A stretch of 63,640 nt of DNA, the filler included, from Choristocarpus tenellus KU-1152 (taxonomy: Eukaryota; Protista; Phaeophyceae), in the NCBI GenBank assembly GCA_964200185.2. It is 11 parts of 11 records of this genome, joined end to end, with 100 filler letters (N's around TTAATTAATTAA, not from the genome) between each part and the next. Parts side by side here need not be neighbours in the genome. Positions count along the whole stretch, not along the records: positions 25,298 to 30,842 come from CAXNAD020010461.1; positions 30,943 to 33,516 come from CAXNAD020026650.1; positions 33,617 to 36,438 come from CAXNAD020024450.1; positions 36,539 to 46,293 come from CAXNAD020003425.1; 7 more parts are not named here. The stretch is one strand, 5' to 3'. The notes beneath the pieces were generated by a model. It did not search any database, was not told where the DNA came from, and saw nothing but the letters and a program-made list of their open reading frames with translations. The translations under genes and the position numbers were made by a program. Positions 25,806 to 40,100 of the stretch are shown here, in pieces (positions within the stretch are counted from its first letter, which is position 1; every line of letters starts with the position of its first letter).

Positions 25806-28800
25806 GTTTGAGGGTGTGGAAGGCGTACACGCCAAGAGGTCCAGGAAAAAGGGATTGGTCTCTAGGATGAAAAAGATGGGAACGCATGCTCTGCGACGCC
25901 GGAGCCACTCCAGGATCACTGAACAATCCGATGGCCTCAACAAGAAGGGCTCTGTCAGCAAGGGTTGTATTGATGATGAGGATGGGGGGAGGGGGAAGAA
26001 CAGTGGAGGAATGGATGGGAAGTATCACCGTTCCCACAGCGAGCCGGTTATGCATGACGATGAGTGGGGAGAAGAAGGGGGGGATGATGAGGACAGTGGG
26101 GTGTTGAGAAACAGGAACAACTCCGGTAGTCTGACCACTCGTGTGGCGGCGTTGATTGAGGGACAAAATGGTGATGGGAATGGACACCAGTGGCAGGAGC
26201 AGCAGCAGGAGCAGCACCAATTAGATACCTCTATTTCATCGGAGTGGAGAGTGAATGCAAGGCCTCCCTCGGGGGTTAGGAGGGGGAGCGGGGGAGGCGG
26301 AGGGAGCAGTGGCGGGGTTGGAGAGAGTCCTCCAGAAGGGTTGCATGATGATGGGGGGGGGAGGAGGGAATCGAACCTGTGGAAGGAGATGAAGCTGCAT
26401 GAGCTTGTGGCCAAGCTAGAGGAGATCTCTGTGAGTGTTCGGGTTAGGGTTAGGGTTAGGGTTAGGGTTAGGGTATGGTGTGTGATTGAAAAAAAATGTA
26501 ATGTGTTGTGGGTGGATATGTTTAGATTTTCACCGCATCTCCTGACAGAGGGAGGTATACCTCACTTTGACAGCTCAAATTGATTACATGCTGCAGAGGA
26601 GGTGAGTAGCGAAGTATTTATTGAGTTTTGACTATCTTTTGACTATCTCTTGCCTGGTAGAAGAAAAAAAGATGGAGCATTTGGTTCCTCTCAACATACA
26701 AATGTGGTATCATGGCTTTGTGTTGTTGGTCCTGTTTGATTGGATGGAATAGTTGCTCTGTGTGTGTGTTTTCTTTTTTTCTTTTGATGCAATGTGGATT
26801 TGCATAGGGTTAGGGTTAGATGGTGTACATGTATTTGATGTATTATTGCTGTGATGCCTGTGATTTATGTTTGTGTTATGGTGGGTGTGGCACGTTTTTT
26901 TGAGTCTGAGGTGGTTGAAGATTGAGAGCAGTTTGGTAATATTCTACTATACCATGGATACAATTTTCTTGGTTTTAATATTGATAATTATTCCAAAAGT
27001 TGGAGAGTTCGAAACCTTGTGTTGTTTTCACAGTAGAATTGAGGGTTAGGGTTGCTACTGGAGTAGAGGATTAGTGTTCAATCTGGATGCATGGGTACTA
27101 CAGTGAGGTTAGGGTTAGGGTTGGAGTAAAGATTGGATTATTTTATTTCTTGCAAGTTTGAGAATAGGGTTAGGGTAGCGTGAGCCTTTTCAGGATGGTG
27201 TTCATGATGATGCTGAGTTGAGTATTGAGTCAGCACTATCAATATGCTTAGTGTGGCAATTATGTCATTACAGTATTAACCTTGCATATGGTGGTGTGGT
27301 ATGTTTTGAATGTGATTTTGACAAGGATGAGAAGGTTGTTGATATTTTTTTATTCCCCATAGCGGCCCGTGTGTTGTTAGTCAGTCTTCAGCTCTCTTCT
27401 TGATAACTGGGAATTGATCCCCAATGTGTGGGGTGATGTAGAGGCTAGTGAGAAAGATGCGTAAGCCTTCAGTCAAAGTTTGAAATGGAAAAGGGAAGAG
27501 GTAAAATGTGCACCAACTCAGGACTGAAGTTTTTTTTTTTGTGTGCCTTGGGTAGTAAGGGCGGTTATTAATGCCTGCTTTGACTTTTTCCTGACTCTGG
27601 AGAGTAGTATGTTGATGTGTTACTGTTCCACTCATGCCCCCATGTACACGCGCAGGGTCAAGAAGCAGAGCAGGAGTTCTCCGCCATTGGGGAGGCGATT
27701 GTGTCTCATCTGCATCCCTCAGAGCTGCCTCTCACAAGGGCGCTTGCCCTGGATGCGGCGCAGACTTTTGTCCAGCGTGTCCTCAGCTGCCGTTCCCGAG
27801 ACAAGCAATCCTCCAAGCTTAGAAGGCGGGCCTTCAAGGTGCTCCTTGCACACCTTGTGCCCTTCATGCTTGACTGCCTGCAGACACCTACTGACATTCA
27901 ACTCCCAGCCCCCCCACCATCTAAAGGAACAGAGCAAATGCAGGGGCCAGGACAAGGGACGGAAGCTAGTCCTGGGGCGAGTTGTGATGGCTCTGGAGCC
28001 AAAGGGGATGTTACTGGTGGAAAACAGGGAGCGGGGGAGGGGCAGGGGCAATCGTCAAAGCCGCAGGAGAAAGGATCTTTGTCGGATGGATCATTGTTGA
28101 ATAGCAGCTGCCCAAGGACAGAGACTGAAATGGGGGCAGATCTTGTGGGGGGGGAGGGGGAGCTAGTGGTGCTTCACTTCTATCAGCAGTATCAGCTCAA
28201 AGTGGCTGCTCTCGATACGATGGGACGGTAAGAGTGTATGTTATGTTGTGTGTGTTGTGTATGTAGGGCTCTATCAGCTATGGATTTTTTTTTCCATTCA
28301 GGCTTGAGATTTTTTTTGTTCAATATTATTGGAGGGGTGAATGAAAGGGGTATGTATATACCTTGGGTGGGATTGAAGGGAGGGAGGGAGCGAGGTTTTG
28401 ATTGCAAGAGAAGATGTAAGAGCATTTCTTCTTTTTTTTAGGTCTGACTTGACCGGCAGTGCAGAGTGAAAAGGTTGTCTTGTGACAATGCATGTTTTGT
28501 GCGTTAGGGTTAGAGTTGCACATGTCAGTCCCGATCAAGTACCGTAATTGGTTAGGGTTAGGGTTAGGGTTACACGTGTCAGTCCTGATCAAATACCATA
28601 ATTGCCTGTTTGGTATCTCAACTCAGGAACAAGCGAAGAAGGCCCTGTTTTCACCCTCTGGAGTCCTGCTGAGTTATCGATACACTACTGATACACTGGG
28701 TGTGCTTATTTATGCTTGCTGACATGTGTGCTACATGGATGCACTGGGTGTTGCACGCTAACACTGTCCTGAGATGATTTGATTTGATTTGATTTGATTT

Positions 28801-30599
28801 GATAATGACGGCATCCTGTGAGTTTTTTTCATTTTAATCTGTCCACGAACATCACCTTCATTGCATCCATTGCCGTACCTTTATTCTTTTTGTGTATCTT
28901 CTTTGTGGTAAAGGCTGTTGATAGTTCTTAGGGCGCTATTCCGACCACCTCTATCCAATCGGGTTCAGTTAGCGGTGGCTCCTCTTCTCGATGCGGAGGA
29001 GGTGGTGCTCAGGGACAAGGCGGCCAATGTGCTGGGAAAGGTCAGTTGATGTGTACTCTTTTTTTTGGTGGTGCTTTGTCGCGATTTAGGGTTAGGGTTA
29101 GGGTTGGGGTTGGGGTATTGTAGGCGGTACTGTTGGGTTGAGCGTCTTGTTTTTTTTCTTCAGGTAGGAATCTCTGGTGTGATCTTGATGGAGTTGTAGA
29201 GTTGTAGACAGTAGATTTCTTTTTTTATGCATTCTTTGTGTTGGGTTCTACATCTAGGTTGAGATTTATGTTGGTCTCTAAGATTTGACCTTTTGGCATG
29301 TCGTCTACCCCCTCATCCCTATTTTAAGAAGGCGTTATTATTATGATTTTAGTTGTAACCAGTATTACTATTATCTGTACAGTACTGTACTTAGTCTTGA
29401 CAAGAAAACTCCAAGTATCCCAACCTGAGAGGGGATTCTAACAGTGCCAAGAGCTATATCATGACGGTGAGAACGCAAATCCCATGACACTTGGAGATGA
29501 TATAACCCAATACTCTTACTAATAATCAAATGATGGTGATAGTAATAGTACAGCTTCTGCACCTTGATAACAATGAATTATCATACTACGCTGGGTGACT
29601 GTTTATTGTCAAGCACCTGAGTTGCTCTTTGACCTGGTTCTAAAAGAGTGCTTTTTGGTGCTGATTTGGTTCATTCTCACAATATACTTTCAAGAAACAC
29701 CCAGCCCTACTTCCAGTCAGTCAAGTTGCAACTTGGTAAATTGATGTATATATTGATACGGGTCTAGGGTGAAACCCTGGTGTCTGTGACATGATCCCCC
29801 CAAAAATATGTAATGGTTACACAATAGTATTAACATGAAGACGACCTCTGTGTCCGATAAGCTTTCATTGTGTGGAAAGGACCTACCTGAGTGGACCAAC
29901 ATTGCTATATCGGTATCGCTGGAGGCACACAGCTTGCTCCAAGAGGCATGGCCGGATGAAGGGGTGGCACCAGGGAAGGTAAGGAATAGAACAAAATGTC
30001 GTCGGGTTTGGGGACACTTGGGGGGGAGAAGGAGAAGGGTCACAGGTTGGGATAATGTGAAGGGTCGATTGATTTCTCTGGTGCTAAGGGTGTATGTTAA
30101 TAGTGTGATGGTGTCCTGGAGTGCTGGTTTTTATGGTTAGGGTGGATGTGTATGTTAATAGTGTGATGATGTCCTGGGATGCCGGTTTTAAGGGTTAGGG
30201 TGGATGTGAAACAGTACAACAGTAGTGGTGATTATTGATATTTCGGGTTAATTGAGGCAAGGAGTTTTAGAGCATTCCTGGTTAATTTAGCCTTACATGG
30301 AGAACCCTTTGATCCAATGTGTCAACGCCAACACTGTTTATAGTAAAACCTACAATCTGGGTCCACAACTCGCACTTCACGGGGTCATGCGCCGTACACA
30401 TCACCCACACAAGCAGGTACCGCCATCCAAGTTAGAGGACATCCTCCAGGAAAACCGCCTCCTGCCACCACTGCACAAGGCCTCGCTTCAGGGGGACCCA
30501 GAAGGGCACATGAGGGCAGTTGGAAGGCGTTTCCCGTCGTTGTGCAAGCTGCTGACAGCATTGCTGGTTGACCCACTACCACGTCCTGGAGACAGTGAG
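25806..30599 (+). CDS. Partial multi-exon protein of unknown function, low-complexity N-terminal part with helical (HEAT/ARM-like) segments
   Basis: Candidate GT-AG exons: 25806-26430, 26549-26601, 27656-28227, 28914-29040 (VQLAVAPLLDAEEVVLRDKAANVLGK), 29880-29978, 30417-30599. The last four are phase-consistent; the junction 26601/27656 is unresolved. Confidence 0.7.
30090..30208. repeat. Two-copy 58-bp tandem repeat containing GGTTAGGG (intronic)
   Basis: GTGTATGTTAATAGTGTGATG..GGTTAGGGTGGAT is repeated at 30090 and 30148. Confidence 0.85.
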
Positions 30600-32353
30600 G
30601 TGGGTCATGGTACAAGTGGAGGAGTGTTAGTTATTTAGTTAAATATTTGCTTTTTTTTCTTTATGGGAGTGCTGGTGTGACTTGCTCTTGCGTCGGTGCT
30701 CTTACCTACATGTATTTTTTTTGTGTTTGGTGTTTGTTGGGGAGGGGGGGGGGGGGGGGGGGGGGGGGTGTTCTTCCCAGTGTCCACAGCAATTCTTTTG
30801 GTGGGGTGTGGGGGCGGGGGAAGTGAGTGGGGATTTTAAAAANNNNNNNNNNNNNNNNNNNNNNNNNNNNNNNNNNNNNNNNNNNNTTAATTAATTAANN
30901 NNNNNNNNNNNNNNNNNNNNNNNNNNNNNNNNNNNNNNNNNNTTTTTAAGACCGTTTTCGCAAAACAACCATCCTCATAGTCCTGCACCATCCTCAATTT
31001 TGAGAAAGACCTCATAATGATCAGAAGGTGAAAACAAAATAATACCATGCCTCCTGCAATTTGTAGGGACGCTTGCTGTCTTTTTTGGACCACAGTATGT
31101 GCATCAGTGCTCTGACCTCCACAAGAATCCCGTGTACCAGCGGGTTTTTGTCCTTGACCAAGGCCATTGCATTCCGTATGACCACCCCACCTTACATCTC
31201 TCCCAGGCATACAAACTTATCTACCCAATTCGATCCCTTTGTACCCTTTGACCAGAGGACACCACTGGTTCCCTGAGAAGACTCAAGTTGTTTAACAAAA
31301 CAACAAAGTGGAGTGCTTCACACACACCAATGCCAGGAGCTAGAGATCAGTGGTTCCATGAAACGTATGCTTTGAATACAAAATCCCAATGAGATGTAGA
31401 CACCGAAGACACATAAAGTGCACAACCAGTGGATTTCTACACCCTGGAAATATTCACACTTCCTTTGAGCGAACTCTTGTCTCATTGCACAGGTCTGTCC
31501 TACAACAACACGAGCTTTGCTTGGTGGTAGATTGATTGGAGGAGGTTGTCCACTGCCAAAAAGGTGTTAACAGCAATGGCAGTTAAGTTTTCATTTCAAA
31601 GTCAGACCCACTTATTCATCGAAGTGTTGGATTGTAGTTAAAAGAACAAAACAAAAGTTCTGATCAGGTGGTGCCGTGATGTATTGCTGTTAAAATGCCT
31701 TCTCCGACTCTCATTCCTGACCCTAATTCTCCATGATGTGGAAAAAAAAAGATCTCCTTGCTTGTCCCCCACCAGTATACACGCATCCATGCATGGTGAC
31801 AGGTACAGTCGGGGCCCCAGACTTCAATCTCCTTACTAATGATTGGAGTGCCAGTAACACTGAGCATCCACTCTGGTTTGAACTACCTGACTTGAATTCA
31901 AATTACTAGCCCCTCTGGACCTCATTATACTCAAACACGGTCAACCCACTTGGTCCCACTGCTCACTGCTGTAACCTACTGCCTGCGGTTCCAGAATAAA
32001 AACCAGAACAAATCCAGTAACGTTGCTCCGGAAAAAGGCTGACTGACGAGATTTCTGTGGTCATGAAGATATATATCCTTAACCCTTTATCCTTTGGTTT
32101 TTCTCCTTTCCACCTGAATGGGTGGAAATAGCATAGCGGTCTACTACTGTATATCAAAAGGGTGCGGTAATCACAATGAGAGGTGAACAAAACTTTATCA
32201 CCCCTCCTAAGCCAACCAACCTCACAAACAGCAGACCATAGCTAAGGATCAACACAGCGTGGACTTCAACAGCACCAGTCCTGACCTAGATATTACACTA
32301 TCCACTGTCTGTGTTCCTCGTCCTGAGCTTTCACGAATTGATTTTCCAATGGG

Positions 32354-32887
32354 TCATGACCCCCTTGGCTGCATTTGCCCTGGTCCACCCCCCCACTGTG
32401 GCCCAGTTCCTCCGTTGAATCGAGAAGGGTTGCCTAGTGTCATCTGATCTTGAGGAGAAGGACCAGGGTAAAGCTGTTGCTGCCCAAGCGCTTGCTGCAT
32501 CATCATCATCTGCTGCTGGGGTGGCATCTGCATGTTACCCTAGTGGATCAAAATTTTACAAAAGTGCATGCAAGGAAAAGATTTGGGTAGCAGGAGGGTG
32601 TGTTTAATAATCATCAACAGCCGTTGGTCAGAATCAAGGACTAACACATCCCATCACAAGGTGACACAACAAACTGAACTACAGTACATTCATCACAACC
32701 ATCTCACACAACCACCATGCTACAGAAAAACCAATGCCATTTTCCACCTTTTCAACTCCACACAGATTCATGCAGGAAGAGACATGAAAGAGAACTGAAG
32801 CCACAGCAGTGAAACCACAGGCTACTGTCAAAATACATCAAATGATCTTGGTCATCTCTTCGCCTTGGAAGTATTCAAATAGCAAAC

Positions 32888-32920
<33 letters not shown>

Positions 32921-33480
32921 ATAGGCACCTGTTGCATAGCAAGTCCCGCACCCATTCCACGTCCTCCTGGCATTTGACGATGCTGTCGCTGAAGTTGCTG
33001 AGGACGCTGCATCGAAGATGGTCCCGGCCCGCCCATCATTGGGGCTTGTCCAGGACCTTGCCCCTGCATCAACATTGCACGGCCAGGTCCTTGCCACTGA
33101 GCACCCATTCCCCTGCCGCCACTCCCTCTACCCCCACTGACAACCCCACCACGAGGACCAGGGCCACCACCCAGACCCCATTGATCACCACCGCCACTAC
33201 CACCAACCCTGCCAAGAGTCCCTGCTCCCCCCATTCCCCTATCTGGACCCTGATACCCCGTTGGCGTACCCCTGTATCCTGAACCAGAGGCAGCACCAGC
33301 ACCCTGTTGAATCCTCTGTCCACCCTGAACCCCATAGCCCCCAGTCTGTCCAGCATACTGCTGGCGATGCTGAACCTGACTTGGGGTTTGGTTGGAAGTC
33401 GGCTTTGCCTGGTCTGCCTGACCCTGGGACTGGCCTTGGATCGGTGCCTTCTCTGTGCCTCCCACACGCCCCCCCCCCCC
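32354..33480 (-). CDS. 3' two exons of a protein with a Gly/Gln/Pro/Met-rich low-complexity C-terminus
   Basis: An open frame ~33480-32929 ends at a GT donor (..GLAMQQ). The terminal exon 32539-32354 reads GNMQMPPQQQMMMMQQ..QPRGS*. The 5' part is lost at the contig edge. Confidence 0.75.
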
Positions 33481-34586
33481 GTGCTTGACTTTGCTGGTCT
33501 CAGAAACACTCTCTGCNNNNNNNNNNNNNNNNNNNNNNNNNNNNNNNNNNNNNNNNNNNNTTAATTAATTAANNNNNNNNNNNNNNNNNNNNNNNNNNNN
33601 NNNNNNNNNNNNNNNNCCCCCCCCAGATACTTTAAACCACAGCATTTCCATTAACCTGGGGCCTGGTGTGAACTGGATTCAACATTCTTGCACTCCAATT
33701 GACCCATTTATCTTCCTACATCTTACTGTTTAATTGCTCCCTGAGGAAAAATGAGGTCAGAGAATTAGTAGACACACACAAACTCATACCAGACCTTTGC
33801 GAACATAGATTCAAAGTGGAATTCTGAATGCTGTGTGACTTTCGTGTCATGCTACTTCAGGTACTTTACGCATGTAGCTCTAGAGGGCTGATATTGTATG
33901 TATGACAACCCTAATCGTCATTATTTCTCCTTTGAAGAGGGGGATAGCGACGCAACATTGTGAAATTTCTCATTTTGCTGACATGATACCTTTGTCGCCA
34001 CATTGTGTTGCTTTGTTTGGTCCTCTTTGAATGACCACTGCCAAGACAACAAATCAAATCCCACTTGTGATACCAGGTTCATCCCGACTCCTGTTAGGAC
34101 CTAAGCAACATGAGTCGACGTTGGGATAGTTACAGTTAGACTAAGTTTTAAATCGGAGTGTGAGATGATTATAACGTTTTCTCCTTGAAGAGGAGGAAAG
34201 ATATACATACAATACTGAAATAATTTTGCCGTCATGATCTTTCCCCAGATCATACCACGTTCCTCTTCAACGACCACACAGATAAAGCAACCCATCAAAC
34301 TCATCTGTGAGGGATGGTGTTCACCATCATTCCGACTCCTCACAACCCTTATTATGGTTCATGAGTCAAGTCTGGGACAGTGGTCGTTGGAACGTTCAAA
34401 TTGAAAGGGAATTGGAGAGGGAGGATTGTTCTTGGTTTTAGTGTATTGAAGATTGAAACTATCTTGTAAATATCAACATAAATAATAATATATATATATT
34501 TGTAACCCAAACCATTATCCACACTCAAAAAGAACTCTAGGGGGACAGCAAAGACGAGAGGGGGGAAGACCGCGTGGTTAAGGAGG

Positions 34587-35272
34587 ATGTCAATGTCTCA
34601 GAACAAACGCAAGGGGTGGGATGCAGCAGTGCAGGCCAGTGGACACGCACCATCACGAAAGGCCCAGAAAAGGGCATCTGGTGAGTAGTGTGTGCTAATT
34701 CATTGAGAAATCACCTCCTGCAGTCGAGTTGTGTTGCCAGACACAGATTGCTTTGAGTAAACCCTAGTAGATATGCCGAATGAAGGGGTGATGAGGCCTG
34801 CAATCGGCATCGTTTTAAAAGTCACTCCTCGTAACAATACCTCGTTATGCTTGGAATAGTCTATTTTGCCGTGAAGCCTTTGCCCTGCCAACCAATATCG
34901 TTTTATTCACCCCTCTCATGCACCCTTCAGGGCGGTCGGTGGTACTCAGTAAGTCAATGCGTGTGGTGGACGAAGAAACGAGAACGCAGGTAAGACTTTC
35001 ATATTTCGCCGACATGTACATTGCATGATGGCAGCATGCTGCTCCTTGAAATGCAACGTAGGCTGTGGAGATCTTTCGATCTGCCACAGAAATGCACACA
35101 AAGCCTATGTTCAACCTTATTATAGCAGGATACCTCGAGTGTGTATGTCAGTCTTTCGCTTAATCCCAAGCTTCCCTCTCCTGCTTAACCGCGGTGTTTT
35201 CTCTGCTCCTGGTCTCAGGTTAAGGATGCCCGCCTCGAGGCCTTGGAAGCAGACAACTACACCGAGGCCCAG
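34587..35272 (+). CDS. SWC6: SWR1-complex subunit SWC6 / ZNHIT1 / Vps71 homolog, first three exons
   Basis: Phase-consistent exons 34587-34680, 34931-34989 and 35219-35272 give MSMSQNKRK..KRASGRSVVLSKSMRVVDEETRTQVKDARLEALEADNYTEAQ. RTQ...ARLEALExDN matches the N-terminal motif of SWC6/ZNHIT1. No HIT zinc finger was found on this contig. Confidence 0.75.
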
Positions 35273-35922
35273 GTAAAACACAGAAGATGCCCAGCATATC
35301 CTACCTCTAAAGATACAAACATATGGGCACATGGAGAGAAACATTGCAAAAAAAATCCTGTCTATGGTGGAATTGGATAATAAGTACAGGGTCTACCCTT
35401 TTAAGTAGGAAATATACGTCTGTTCGTTTTTTGTTGCCTGAATGATCGAAGGTAAGTATGGTCCACTCTACTTCATCGAAAGCGTTGTGGTGTATGTAGA
35501 GGAATGTAGCTTTCAATTTTAATTTTGGACGAGTCAAGCCAACAAACTGTGATATAACCCCAACCCAACCATTCTATGGCAGTAGGAAGTAAGAGAAGCG
35601 GCGTATTTACGTTGGGTTGTTGGGAGGGGATGCAAACATAGGGCGAGAAGTGCCAAGTATCGATGTGCATATTAATTGAGACAGTGTCGTGATCAGCACC
35701 CACCCTCCCCCAAAGAGTGAAGTGCCTTCATGCCAGGGACAGTACCAAGATATCACACATTGTGGTTTCTGCTATCTGCGTTGATTGTTGCTTATTGAGG
35801 AGGGAGAAGTAGAAGAGGGAGGCACTAGATTGAGCTAGAAGCTCTTCAATTGGTTTATTTCACTGTGCAAGCCTTACCCCTGCTACAACCCATGAAGAAT
35901 GTGTTGATCCTTACCAGAGAAT

Positions 35923-36185
35923 GAATGAAAGTGCCTTAGAGGGTACGAGTTTTGCCCTATTTGTCCATTTGGGGCTTGGCTTCCTATGTTGTTGTTTTTT
36001 GCATCTACCTACTCCGAAATGTTTTGGAGTAGGAAGAATGTGCACATTATGAAAAGGTGTGTCAGGAATAAGAATATTGACACTTCCTAACAATCACGAT
36101 AGCCAAAATTACATCAAAATCGCAACATTGGATTTTGGCCCCCAAACAGACGGAGCTCTACCCTAACCCTAAGATACTTTGACTC
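35923..36185 (+). mobile_element. MITE family A, one TIR carrying a CCCTAACCCTAA conversion
   Basis: GAATGAAAGTGCCTTAGAGGGTA ... TACCCTAACCCTAAGATACTTTGACTC with TSD GAAT (35919-35922, 36186-36189). Confidence 0.93.
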
Positions 36186-37156
36186 GAATCTATTCATTTA
36201 GTTTCCCTCTTTTGGTCATTGACCCAATCCACCGCTCAAGACCATCCTCAATATCCCTCCAATTTGCTATCACAACTTGGCTTTTGATACACAGGCATGA
36301 TGCTTGCTTAACCTTGGTACTGTAGTACTTTGTCAATTAAAAGAATATATACATCTTCAAAATATATGCTCTAAATTCACTGTGCTGTCATGACCAACTG
36401 TTGGTATTGGTGTGTGATGCCTGGGGCGGGGGGGGGGGNNNNNNNNNNNNNNNNNNNNNNNNNNNNNNNNNNNNNNNNNNNNTTAATTAATTAANNNNNN
36501 NNNNNNNNNNNNNNNNNNNNNNNNNNNNNNNNNNNNNNATTCACAAAAAAAATATACTAAACTATCCACTGGTTTGAGTCATGGGAAGAGTCCCACAATT
36601 CTGTCAAGTCCTGTCTTGCCTACTAGGCTGTTTGGTAGTGTCTTTAGCTTGAGTTCAATCTGTCACAAGCCTGCCTTCACTGCTCCCTTCCTGCTAAACC
36701 CCTGCCCACTACCGCCCACTACTGCTTTAGACTGACTTGTCCTTGTCAAGATGTACACAGAGTGGATAGCACCATTTAGGTGTAGGTCAATGCCCCACCA
36801 ATAGATATTTGCTGAGGAAAAAAGCTGGGAAAACATAGCCAAGGCACCTATGCATGTAGGAGATATTTTGAAGTAACATGTATTGCCTCTATAAGATATA
36901 CCTCCAGGTACATAAACAAAATACAAAATTTAATAAACAATCTGAAGCACAACGCACAAGGACAGAAAGCTTCATTTTCGACTTCGATTTCCCAAATACC
37001 CCACAGGGCACACACCCAGAAGACTGTTTACGCCAATCTTAACCCAAGCACCCAAGCTACAACAGCCATCAAATGTGGCATCTCACACAACACAAGCAAC
37101 ACAAAGCACCAAAGAACCTGGCTATAGCAGCATACCACATCCATATCAACTACCAC

Positions 37157-40100
37157 TCAAACATACAAGAACCTGTACACAAAGCACATCCACACCACCA
37201 CGAACAGTCCCAGCTTTACCCTACTGGTCCTGGAGTTCACAAACAGGCGCACAGTTGGAGGGGCACCCCATTTGAAAATGTGATGTCGTGGGCGCTGTTG
37301 ACTCCCCCCACCCCCCGCTCCAACTTCTTCCAAGTCGCCCTCCTCCGATCCTGTAAGTCGAAGGAGGGCAGTGCCTGCACAATCAGCTGCACTGCTCACT
37401 CCTGTGCCCATGATGGACATCACAAATGAACTCGGTCGGCTGGACTTGACCACCTCCCGCATTACATCTACTGCACCAAGCTCTTCAGCTCGGGCCGCAA
37501 GGACAGGGTGTGCACATGCATTTGATACAGCTGCGATGGCATAGCGGCGAAGTGTGCTGTCGTTGCTGCACATGAAAGAGTGAAAGGGGGGGTAGGGGGT
37601 GGGGGGTGGAGGCCGGGGGTGGAGGTGGTGAATAGAAACAAATACAGCGAGGAGAATCAGTTGAGAAGGAACAGGGCGTACTCCCTGCACCAGCATAATC
37701 TTTTGCTTACACAGTTGGAAAATGAAAGAAGAAACATTGCTAAAACACCGAGCTCTAGACAGTAGTGCAATCACATCTTTGAACCAAGCAAAGCAAACAA
37801 ACTGTTCCTTAAATCAAGGTGGTCAGCCATCAGACACGCGTGTTAATATATATATATATATATATATATATACGTCTCCAGAAGGAAGGAGAAGGTCATT
37901 TATCCCCTTCCAACAAGTATGACTCCAAGTCTAACCTCTTGACAGAGTCCAGGAGCTCTGGCATGGCCTCAGAAAAGGTATCTATGCATGCCTCCTTGGC
38001 CAAAAGCAGTGTATCAGAGAATGCCAAGGTGTTGGATGCCGTTGCTGTGGCTAATAACCTCAGCTCTAGATCAGGCGCATCCAGAAGCTCTGTGAGAGGT
38101 CCTGCAGTTAGTAGCGAGGGGTGGGAGGTAGGAGGGGGAGCAGGTGGGTGGGGTGCGGATTGTTCCATTGTGTCTCCTCTCATGATGTGTCTCTCAACTC
38201 AGTTGAGTTCATTATCTTTGCACAATCTAGTTCAAGCTCAGGACCTGCCAACCAGTTCGAAAACACAGTTTCCCCCTCAATGCACAAAAGACTCCTTTCC
38301 CCTTGCCAAGATGATTGCCAGAATCCCGCAAAAGGAAGAAGTATACAGCAACCAACTACAGGATGGATAACAACTCCTTTGCTGAAGGGCTACAGGGAAG
38401 GAAGAACAGGGTAGAAACATATATAACAACACACGTTGCACTGGCCTTTTGGCTCATGATGCTGGACCGATCCTCTCCCCTTTCACTAACAACAGTTCCT
38501 CAAGGACTGCATGTAGCACAAAGGAAGCGATCTAGAGTGGTGTAGCAATCCCTACAAAATATGGGTGTCACTAATGATCAGCTACACAAGCATAACAAAG
38601 TTTGCATGTGCTCACATAGCCTAGTCCTCAACAACGTTGATCCTAATAATCATAACTTTACGCCTCTGGTGTGCCCCTTGAAATAGTACTTGGGGGTACT
38701 TCTTACTACAATCTTTTACTTCTACTTCCAGGCAATAGTAAACCAGGAAAGTGGAGAGCGAGTTTACAGGCGAATGATCACCAACATGCACATGCACTTA
38801 GCACCACCTGATGAATAAATGTGCCCTTCCAATGCAGTAGTGGAGAATATCTTGACTGTACAACATACAAATGCAACAATATTGTCATGATCAAGGAAAA
38901 GGACAATTGCCTGAAGAAAAAGAGACGGAAAACACAGGCCAGTTGTGGTTTATCAGCAAGGGGTGGGGGGAACGTGGGGGTACCAGGGGGTGCAGTGCTG
39001 ACTTCTCTACCTTGAGGTGACAAACAACTAATGCTCAGTCCATAAAATGATCTCTCTTGGCACAGTTTGCCACCTCCTGCCATAGGTAATCTCTAAAAAG
39101 CAGAAACTACTTCACAAAGTATGTTCCTTTGAAGAAATTGCGTAATAAGGGGGCACAACATTGTTGCAACAGTAGACTTACCAACAAGACCAGCATCCAC
39201 CACTGCCATGACCGTGGCCTTGTCACCACAAAGCGTTTGCAATGCCCTAGTATCCAGGCACAAAGGGGTGGTGCATGGGGGAAGAGGGGAGGAATGCTCA
39301 GTATCAACAATAATGCAAGTTAAAGAGGATCATCTTCTGAACGAAATGAGCATGAGGACCAAGCCACTGTGGGAGGGTCTATGTGACTATTAACACTCTC
39401 ACTTGTCCTAGCAATGCAGCCGTCAAGGGCAATATCCCCAGCACTGCTAAAGCTCTACAGGGTTCCCATTTCCCAGTTTCTCCAACTCAAATTAAGAAGA
39501 AAAGCAGAAAGGCTACACGAGCAAGTAGGCTCTCTCTTTTGGCATTGCTTCTCTTTCCCTCTTATAATAGAGCTGCACATGTGATGGTAAGAGTACCTGC
39601 CCATTTCCTAGCTTCAGTGCGATCTTGCATAGAGAATCTCCCAAAATATCTCGGTCCTAGGCCTGAATACAGGTACGTCGGATGAAAGTAAATATTCAGA
39701 ACAGTCTGAACGATTGCCGGTTACTCGGTATGCACACCTTTATCCAAAGGGTGCAGATTCTCACAAAGTTGACCGAGGCTCCGAACACGAAGTGTTCAGA
39801 GATAATGAACAACGGAATGTATAGAAGCTGATAAGGTTGAGGAAGAAAACAAGTGTCACGCGTCACCATTGAGGGGGGCACCTGGCTCAGAATATCAAGT
39901 CAGACTCACGCAAGTACTTCCCGAAGGCATGGCACTTCCTCCTCCCAGTTCCTGAGGGCTTCGACAAGGACTGCTGGTATCCCTGCAAGAGCCGCCTGTG
40001 CCCGTAGGGAGTCGTCGAGTACGAGGTTTTTTATTCCCCGTGCAGCGTATGACACCACTGTGCGGTGTTCGCCAGCAGCCAGTCGACAGAGAGCGTGCGA

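Noticed and set aside
35062-35138. PPR-like peptide AVEIFRSATEMHTKPMFNLIIAGY as an exon
   Set aside because: Skipping it joins the flanking exons in phase and restores the SWC6/ZNHIT1 motif, so it is treated as intronic coincidence.
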